Origin: Acidobacteriota bacterium
GTDB taxonomy: Bacteria > Acidobacteriota > UBA6911 > RPQK01 > JAJDTT01
Direction of reading: 5' to 3'
Assembly: GCA_965263035.1 (NCBI GenBank)
Contig: OZ253580.1
Location: forward strand, 3,904,001-3,968,000
Length of the DNA: 64,000 nucleotides
A program made the translations under genes and the position numbers. Shown in pieces: positions 56,281 to 64,000 of this stretch (position 1 is the first letter of the stretch; every line of letters begins with the position of its first letter). The notes beneath the pieces were generated by a model, which worked only from the letters and a program-made list of their open reading frames with translations, was not told where the DNA came from and did no database searches.

Positions 56281-56709
56281 TTATTCCGTGGAATCCTGCG
56301 TGCGGTCGCCCATGTCGACGGTGCCTTTGAAGCTGCAGCCCTCTTTCAGAATGACTTGGGGAGCGATCAGCTTGCCTCGGACGCGTCCGGTTTCACTCAA
56401 GAGGATCTGTTCTTCTCCCCGAAGGAGCCCTTCTACAAGACCATCAACGTGAATCACCTTTGCCAAGAGATCGGCCTTGATCCGGCCTTCTCTCCCCACA
56501 GTGATGTTGCACCCGGTAAGGGATAGTTGTCCTTCGATACGACCCTCGATGAGCACATCCTGCGTTCCGCTCAACTCCCCCCTGATGGTGATTCTGGAGC
56601 CGATGACAGATCGGTCCCCGTTTCGCCCCGCGGCATCTTGCTGGTTAGAAACTCGAGGGAAGGTCCCTCGGTCCGAGGTCGATGTTCTCGGCGAATCGTT
56701 TTCCCACAT
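56281..56709 (-). CDS. Bactofilin (polymer-forming cytoskeletal protein)
   Basis: SVIGSRITIRGEL..IEGRIEG..GCSFKGTVDM beta-helix pattern. Confidence 0.88.
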   Translation of the reverse strand: MWENDSPRTSTSDRGTFPRVSNQQDAAGRNGDRSVIGSRITIRGELSGTQDVLIEGRIEGQLSLTGCNITVGREGRIKADLLAKVIHVDGLVEGLLRGEEQILLSETGRVRGKLIAPQVILKEGCSFKGTVDMGDRTQDSTE

Positions 56710-56756
56710 GTAGTACTCCCTTCGGCGATGATCTGCACTAGGGTAGATGACATCCC

Positions 56757-57070
56757 TGTCATCGCTCAGACGTCTCTCCCGCACTGGGCTGATCTTCCCG
56801 CCCGCATTGGACCACCCGGAAGTCCAGGCGTCGCACCACCGACCGGTTCCACAGCTCATTGACCTTGGACATCAGGGGCTGAGCCACCTCCCGGAGCGTC
56901 CGCTCCCATTCCCGATCGGACACGCCGGTCTCCAGAGTGCGCTTTCGAAGCCGAAGCGGATCCGTGCATTTTGTCAGCTGGTCCCACAGGATCTGGGATC
57001 AGAACTCCTTCAGGAAGATCACGGCCGCCTCCTCATCCCGGATCATCTCCTGCAACCAGAGCACGCAGAG
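56757..57070 (-). pseudogene. DciA/DUF721-like gene relic
   Basis: Frame reads EMIRDEEAAVIFLKEF*SQILWDQLTKCTDPLRLRKRTLETGVSDREWERTL..VRRLDFRV with an internal stop; boundaries approximate. Confidence 0.5.
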
Positions 57071-57093
57071 TGGGGAGCGGTTTGGGACCGGAC

Positions 57094-57774
57094 TTACTGA
57101 GAAGCTCTCGGAGCTTCGTAGAGCACGATTGCCTGGTTCTTGGTGGCAGCACCGACGACAATGCCCAACCCAGTCCCAATTCCAGTCGCAACTGCGGGGA
57201 CAAACAATAGGAACAGTCCCATCGCTTCTCCTAGAGTCTGCGCGGTAGAAATGATCGTAGCGAGAAAGTGGGGAATCGAGGCCAGATTTTCTCGATTTTG
57301 AGGTGCATAGTTGTTCTATTCGCCGAGAAATCGGGGAAATATGGATCGATTCTACCGCTTTCGCAGTAGATCAATTTCTGCGGCGCAGGCTCCTAGGTCT
57401 TCGTTTCCGTCTCTATTGGCATTGGTAACCATCATGCCTACAGCCCCAATCCCGGCTCCCGCTGCGGCTCCGATGATCGCGCCATTCCGGGCTCCGTTTC
57501 CCGCGCCACCTTTCTTCTGAGTTGCAATAGTCTGGACGTCTGTTTTCGGAATCACTGCTTGAGCGGAGTGAGTCTCGAGGTCCACGTCTGATGCGGACAG
57601 ACCTTCAAAGTCCCCTTCGACCCGATCCCCGTTCTTGAGCTCCACCGTGATGGGAGTTCCCAAGTCCAGATCGGAGACCTTCTCCCAGCGCCCCGGGATC
57701 ACCTCCGCGTGCGTCGGCTGCGCGATCAGACCCGCCAGGAGCAAGGTGAGGAATTGGATCCGGCAGGATTTCAT
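57094..57774 (-). pseudogene. Exported glycine-zipper protein interrupted by MITE copy 3
   Basis: Removing 57234-57395 restores the frame ...GNEDL-G-EAMGLFLLFVPAVATGIGTGLG..VLYEAPRASQ*. Confidence 0.8.
57234..57392. mobile_element. 159-bp MITE, copy 3
   Basis: Same element, flanked by CTA/CTA(G), inside a coding region. Confidence 0.87.
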
Positions 57775-58171
57775 CGTGGGGGTTGGCATAATGGCACGTC
57801 CTTATGCGCTGAAGTGTTTTCCACCAGGGCGCCGCTCACGGTCGCCCTCGAGTCAACGGACTCCTGCCTCCCGTGGGTCGTCCCCACAGAGGGCAGGTAC
57901 GCATCGGAAGATGTGAGTTTTTCGCCGGATTAGACTCACCGAGACCGGGAATGGACACGGCGTCTGGAGTTCCGAATCACGTGCGGCGGGGGCGGTGTCC
58001 ATTAATGCCTGCTAACGGACGCAGAGCGCCCAGCAAGGAAGACCGACAAAATCAGAACGGCGGACAGTGGTGTGTCCGGGCCAACTAAGCTCTACCACTA
58101 CGGGGCTCGGTGGTTGGGGGAGAGATGGTCCAGGCCGGTCGAAAGACCGTCCCGGGGCCGGCGCCTAACTC

Positions 58172-59821
58172 GTTCTCATCCAGAAAGTCGGGTTTTGGGG
58201 GATTGGGTAGCCCGAGGAAGACCGGGGAAACTGCAATAAACCGGCTCGATGGGGGCCGAAAGCAGGAAATTCAAGTCCGTTGAGAGCCGATCCCGGATTT
58301 TGAAGACACGAGTCCCTGACGGGGCATCGGCAATGGATTCAAGCTGCGCTTACAGCAGCAGGCGGGCCAGCACCAGCAGGTTGAAGCTGACGATCGAGAG
58401 GTACACATATTGCTGGAAGTGGGGCCAGCCCTTCCAGGTGCAGCGTCCGAGTCCGAACACTCGCTTGAGCCACGAGATGCACCCTTCGATGCCGGCCCGG
58501 AAGCGTCGCAGTTGCCGGTAGACCCAACTGGAGCGCACCATCTCAGGGACCTTCAGTCCGCGTTTCTTGGCAAAGGCGACATCCTGGACGCCTTGCTTTT
58601 TGGCCCACTCCAGATTGGAGCGGCTGGCAAAGCATCCGTCACAACTGACCTGTCGAGGCCAACGGCCGTACAGATCATACTGGCGCCGCATCCAGGGCTG
58701 GAACTGACCGGCATCGTTAGGGTTCCCCCGCACCACCTCAGCATCCAGCATCAGGCCGGAGACGCCGCCGGTCAGAAACAGCTTGTGCCCAAAGACCGTT
58801 TCCCGGCGCTTCTTTTTGATGATGTCGGTGTGCTCCTCAAACAAGGAGAGGACTTTCTCGGCGGCCGGAACCGTCTCTCCCCGCAGCACACGCCGCTCGG
58901 TCTGGTCGATGATCTTCTTCGTCAAATCCAAGTAATGGCGCAGTTGACCGGCGATGACCAGACTGGGCAGGTCGGTGAACCGATCCGCTTGCCGCAGCGC
59001 CCTCTCGGCGTCATGAGCGGTCTTGCGAGCGACCTTCAACAGATCCCGATAGGCTCGCAGACGACGCTTGCCCCGGTGGTTGGCGATGTTCGCAACAGCG
59101 TCGCTTGGCCCGGCGCCGGTGATCCGAAAAGACGATCTTGTGAGGTCGGGCCAAGCGGCGCAGCCAGCGGGTGAGGACTCGAACCGAGTCGGACAACATC
59201 TGGGAATCCCGCGGATAGGGGATGGGGCTTTCCACGGCCGTGGCATCGGCTCGGATCTTCCGTCCCCGTTCCAGTCCCTGGCCCTCCGCCCATTGCACCA
59301 GGAGCCGGTTGATCTGCTGCCAGGTTCCGGCTTGAATCCGGCTGATGTTGTCCTGGAGGCAGGAGGCACTGGGGGTCCATTGCCAAGGGAGTCGAGCGAA
59401 GCGACGAAAGCTCTGAGAGTCGCTCCAGAGGAACGCCAACTTGGTGTAGGGCAGCTGATGCCAGTTCTTGAGGATGGCCGCGCGCAGGACCTGCTCTGCG
59501 GAGAGACCCGGAGCCCCCTGGCCTGAACCGGCGGTGTCACACAGATCGTGTAGAACCAGACCCAGGATTGAGGGGTTGTCATCCAAGATCTTGGAAACAG
59601 CTCTCAATTCCTGGGCGAGTCGGTGACCGGGCCAGAGCCCGGAGAGCGGAAGCTGGTTTTCCCGTTTTCGGCGCATTGTTCAAGCCCCCGGTTTTGTGTA
59701 AGTCATTTGGTTGCTTTTATTTAGCACCAATAGACTACCAAACGACTATGACAGAATCGGGGCTTGAAAATGCCTCCTTAGTCCTTATTTCCCAATAACT
59801 TACGGCTTTCCGGATGAGAAC
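58172..59821 (-). mobile_element. ISNCY-type insertion sequence (1650 bp)
   Basis: TIR GTTCTCATCCAGAAAG / CTTTCCGGATGAGAAC with 6-bp target duplication TAACTC. Confidence 0.88.
58350..59676 (-). pseudogene. ISNCY-type DDE transposase, frameshifted
   Basis: GLSAEQVLR and IRADATAVE in ORF 59011-59676; EKVLSLFE.HT, FGHK, DGCFAS and RAGIEG in ORF 58350-59582; frame change near 59100. Confidence 0.8.
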
Positions 59822-60125
59822 TAACTCGTAATCGCCCGGAGCGTGACCTCTTGGCGGCGACCCTGAATTTGTGCCGGTAAAGTTCGTTACCGTCCCTGAT
59901 GCAAAAGCCACGAGCCAGGACAGAGGCCGGGGCGCCAGCTATCGTTCGCTCAACTTCCGACCACTGCGTGCCCCCGTGGGCACACTGACGCCCCAGGGGA
60001 AAGCAGCAAACATTGACCAGAGATCAGATCGACCACAGGGGAGCCCCTTAGTGAGGGAAGAACCCAAGAGGGGATCCCCCAGCATGCCGGACTGGGGGGA
60101 GATTAAGCCTTACGACGCAGACGGC

Positions 60126-60824
60126 TCAATCGACGCGAGTAATTGTCACTCTGGCGACAGGGTTGCGCCAGTCGGACTCGGAGGCATTGACGTCACCGGT
60201 CCCCTGAATCCCATTACTGATGTGAATGAAGCCTTCAGCCTCAGCCGCATCATGGACATGATTCCCACAGGGGGGGACCGGGTATGAATTCACACGACTC
60301 GGAATTGGCCTCGCTTCCCGCGTCGTAGGCTGGAGCATTCAAGGTCTTGGATCGAGGCGCGGAAAAAAACAGGAAGGCCGGTGCCGGAACTTGTACACCG
60401 CTGACGGCAAAGAAAGAGTCGTTGGTCGTCGCCAGCATGCCCACCACCGAAATAGATCTGTAACCGGGACCGCTTTCCACCATCACGCTGGCGGAATGAC
60501 CCGGTGGGATGACGGGTGGATCCCCGGGGCCGAGGGCCACGTCAGCATCGTAAACTCCCATCATGCCCATCGCCGCCTCCATCAGTGGCACGGGGTTCCT
60601 TCCTCCGCCAGCGTCGCCAATTCCATGCTGGCGGGGTGGCCGACCGAGAAGAGAGAGGTGGAGGAATCGTGGACCACGACCAACGGAGGGGTGATCAACT
60701 GACCCCGAGTCAGGTTATGAATGGTGACCTCGTAGGTGGTCTGGGCAAGCCCGGAGGCACCGGTCGCCCAGCCGAATAACGCCGTCACGCAAACCAAGAA
60801 AATCGGTCTCATCTGCTTTCTCAT
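60126..60824 (-). pseudogene. Exported spondin-domain protein with two frameshifts
   Basis: YEVTIHNLT..LAEEG / MLATTNDSF..YDAGSEANSE / GFIHISNGI..WRNPVARVTI; breaks at homopolymers near 60595 and 60273. Confidence 0.78.
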
Positions 60825-61185
60825 TGGATTCTCCTCTCCAACCACTTAGGTGCCGAAAGGGTAATCACGTCAATTGTCTTTAGATCTCAACTGGATCGGG
60901 TGCCCCGCGGCGCCGTCTGCACTCGCACGCTGACGTTCTCTGTGAAAAGTTAGGGGATCAACCAATGTTCTCTAATACACTGCACGGGACACCCTGGATA
61001 AATTTAGAACATGTAAGTGAGAATGGAGTGATATTTTGGGTTGAGATAGTGAGAATATCGCGAGATATTCCACCCAAACCGCTTTCGCGGTCGGCTACAG
61101 AGCGCCCCGCACCTGGATCCTCCGTCGAAACGACGCCGGGGGACGCTGAACCGGGCCTTGCTGCGGGGTCCGACGAGGTTGGGCA

Positions 61186-63543
61186 ATGAAGAGTCGCGAC
61201 GAATTGAGGCGGGAGATCGACGCGCTGCGGAACCGCAGCTCCAGCCTCAGTGCAGCGATCCTGCGCATCAGCGGGAGCCTCGACCTCGGCACCGTCCTGC
61301 GCGAGGTAGTGGACGGCGCCCGCGCGTTGACCGGCGCCCGTTTCGGCGGGGTCGCGACCCTCTCCGACTCGGGACAGGTCCAGGAATTCGTTACCTCCGG
61401 CATCACTGCGGCCGAGCACCAGCGGGTGGCCGACTGGCCCGACGGACTGCGGCTGTTCAAACACTTCCGGGATCTTCCGGGCCCACTGAGACTCGCCGAC
61501 CTCCCCACCTATCTCCGGTCGCTCGGGCATTCCCCGGACCCGTTTCCGTCGAAGACCTTCCAGTGGACGCCGATGCGTCACCGTGGCGTGCATGTCGGCC
61601 ACTTCTTTCTCGGCGAGAAGGAAGGCGGACAAGAGTTCACGAGCGAGGATGAAGAGATCCTGGTGCTGTTCGGGGCTCAGGCAGCCACGGCCATCGCCAA
61701 TGCCCGCACCCACCGGGACGAGCAGCGGGTCCGGGCCGACTTGGAGGCGCTGGTCGACACCTCGCCGGTGGGGGTCCTGGTTTTCGATGCCAGGACCGGA
61801 AATCCGGTGTCGGTCAATCAGGAGGCCAAGCGGATTGTCGGGGACCTCTGTGCGCCGGACCGCTCCGCGGAGCAACTGCTGGAGATCATGACGATCCGGC
61901 GCGCCGACGGGCGGGAGATTTCCCTCCAGGAGTTTCCCCTGGCGCAGGCGCTCAGCAGCGCGACGACGGTGCGCGCCGAGGAGATCGTCCTCCAGAGCCC
62001 CGATGGCCGGAGGGTCACGACGCTGGTCAACGCCACGCCGATCCGTTCCGAGGACGGCGCCGTCGAGTCCGTGGTCGTCACCTTGCAGGACTTGGCGCCG
62101 CTTGAGGAGCTGGAGCGGCTGCGAGCCGAGTTCCTGGGCATGGTGAGCCACGAGCTACGGGTTCCTCTGACCTCCATCAAGGGCTCGGCCGCCACCGCGC
62201 TGGGCACCTCGCCGGCCTCGGACCCGGCCACAACACACCAATTCTTCCGCATCATCGACCAGCAGGCCGATCACATGCACGGCCTGATCGACGACCTGCT
62301 CGATGCGGGCCGCATCGAGACGGGCACGCTGTCGGTCGTCCCCGAGCCCACGGAGGTCACTCGCCTGGTGGACCAGGCCCGGAACACGTTTCTGAGCGGA
62401 GGCGGCCGGCGCACCGTCCAGATCGACCTGCCGCCGGACCTGCCCCGGGTGATGGCCGACCGGCGGCGCATCGTCCAGGTCTTGAACAACCTCTTGTCCA
62501 ACGCCTCCCGTCACTCGCCCGAGTCCTCTCCCATCCGGATCGCCGCGGTGCACGACGGAGTTCACGTGGCGATCTCGATAACGGACGAAGGCCGGGGGGT
62601 GCCGTCGGACCTGCTGCCGCACCTGTTCCGAAAGTACACGCGTGTCGCCGGCGGTGGCCGGGGGATCGGAGGATCCGGACTGGGCTTGGCCATCTGCAAG
62701 GGTCTGGTGGAGGCCCACGGGGGGCGGATCCGCGCCGAGAGTGGCGGATCGGGCCTGGGAACGCGATTCACCTTCACGCTTCCGGCGGTCGAAGAGGCTG
62801 GGACCGTTGTCGCGGTCGGCTTCGCCCGGAGCTCTTCCCGCCAGACTCGAGGCGGGCGGGAGCGAACGCGCATCCTGGTGGTCGATGACGACCCGCAGAC
62901 GCTCCGCTACGTTCGGGATGCGCTCACGGCGGCCGGCTACTCCCCGCTCGTGACGGGAGACCCGCGGGAGGTGTCCCACCTCATCAAGACCAAGCAGCCC
63001 CGGCTGGTCCTGCTGGATCTGATCCTGCCCGGGACCGATGGTATCGAGTTGATGGAGAGCCTCCCCGAGCTGGCCGAGCTGCCGGTCATCTTCATCTCCG
63101 GCTATGGTCGGGACGATACGATCGCCCGGGCCCTGGAGACCGGGGCCAACGATTACATCGTCAAACCCTTCTCGCCGACGGAACTGGTGGCAAGAGTTCA
63201 GGCGGCCCTGCGCCGGCGCGACGAGCCGTCCGAACCCTTCCGGTTGGGGGATCTGGCCATCCACTACGAGGACCGCCGCGCGACCCTGGCGGGCCGGCTG
63301 CTGCAGCTGACGGCCACCGAATACGAGTTGTTGCGGGTGCTCTCGGTCAACGCGGGACGGGTCGTGACGTACGAGTCCCTGCTCCGCCAGGTGTGGGGCG
63401 GTTGGGGATCCGGCGACTTACGACCGATGCGCGCCATCGTCAAAAGCCTCCGCCGCAAGCTGAGCGATGATGCGGCCAAGCCGACCTATATCTTCAACGT
63501 GCGCCAGGTCGGCTACCGCATGCCCCAGCCCGACTACCGGTGA
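61186..63543 (+). CDS. Cytoplasmic hybrid sensor kinase/response regulator (GAF-PAS-HisKA-HATPase-REC-OmpR wHTH)
   Basis: SHELRVPLTSI, NLLSNA, DEGRG, GSGLGLAI, VVDDD..LLDL..KPF, LTATEYELL..VRQVGY; no TM segments. Confidence 0.92.
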   Translation: MKSRDELRREIDALRNRSSSLSAAILRISGSLDLGTVLREVVDGARALTGARFGGVATLSDSGQVQEFVTSGITAAEHQRVADWPDGLRLFKHFRDLPGPLRLADLPTYLRSLGHSPDPFPSKTFQWTPMRHRGVHVGHFFLGEKEGGQEFTSEDEEILVLFGAQAATAIANARTHRDEQRVRADLEALVDTSPVGVLVFDARTGNPVSVNQEAKRIVGDLCAPDRSAEQLLEIMTIRRADGREISLQEFPLAQALSSATTVRAEEIVLQSPDGRRVTTLVNATPIRSEDGAVESVVVTLQDLAPLEELERLRAEFLGMVSHELRVPLTSIKGSAATALGTSPASDPATTHQFFRIIDQQADHMHGLIDDLLDAGRIETGTLSVVPEPTEVTRLVDQARNTFLSGGGRRTVQIDLPPDLPRVMADRRRIVQVLNNLLSNASRHSPESSPIRIAAVHDGVHVAISITDEGRGVPSDLLPHLFRKYTRVAGGGRGIGGSGLGLAICKGLVEAHGGRIRAESGGSGLGTRFTFTLPAVEEAGTVVAVGFARSSSRQTRGGRERTRILVVDDDPQTLRYVRDALTAAGYSPLVTGDPREVSHLIKTKQPRLVLLDLILPGTDGIELMESLPELAELPVIFISGYGRDDTIARALETGANDYIVKPFSPTELVARVQAALRRRDEPSEPFRLGDLAIHYEDRRATLAGRLLQLTATEYELLRVLSVNAGRVVTYESLLRQVWGGWGSGDLRPMRAIVKSLRRKLSDDAAKPTYIFNVRQVGYRMPQPDYR

Positions 63544-64000
63544 GTGCTGTCCCTGGCGGGTTGGAGGTCTCCAGGGCCTCCGGAGGATTCGCCTTGATCT
63601 CGACCTTGAACTCTGGCGGCTTCGCCGAAAACCGGGGAGTCAGGGGCGTTGGTTAGGGAACAGCCGACGTTATGGTTAGCAGGTTGCAGTGACACCATGA
63701 AGGCAGAGTCAAATCGGACCTTTATGATTGCAGGCCCTCCCATTCTGTCTCTCTTGGGTCTCGCCCCTGCCGAAGTCGTGGCCGCGTACGTGGCTGATGC
63801 ATTCGGCTTGATTGCCGCCCATATTGCCCGTCGCTACGGAGCCGAGATTGACTTCGGCCTGAATCAGGGCGCAAAAAAGAAGGCGTAGCGCGATCAGGAG
63901 AGGCGAACCGGAAGCCATCAGGGGAAGGGATCCGGCACAGCCTCTGCTTCCTGCCGATCGAATCCGGCAGCGACCAGTTGACGGGTGATGGTGAGTGTAT

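Noticed and set aside
63649-63918. Short ORFs at the right edge
   Set aside because: No recognisable motifs; cannot be supported from sequence alone

Overview
High-GC bacterial chromosomal window; an Acidobacteriota-like, possibly host-associated organism is my inference from gene style only. Housekeeping blocks (hisG-hisI, tRNA-Ile(GAT), lpdA, acnA, M1/M28 peptidases) are interleaved with accessory and decaying DNA. This includes IS630, IS3, IS1380 and ISNCY-type elements with readable ends and target duplications, three copies of a 159-bp CTAG-targeting MITE (one splits a gene), a GGAG-type REP-like palindrome family, three toxin-antitoxin loci (two with toxin relics), and several tandem or 3'-end gene duplications (phoD pair, MORN-like repeat/sialidase unit, M28 PDZ end). 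The most notable structure is absent from the ORF track: an ORF-less group IIC intron (19178-21592, minus strand) inserted exactly at a REP hairpin and carrying a complete IS3 element next to domain IV, where the reverse transcriptase ORF would normally be. Several frameshifts fall in homopolymers and may be sequencing errors. All family assignments come from motif recognition by eye; no searches were run.
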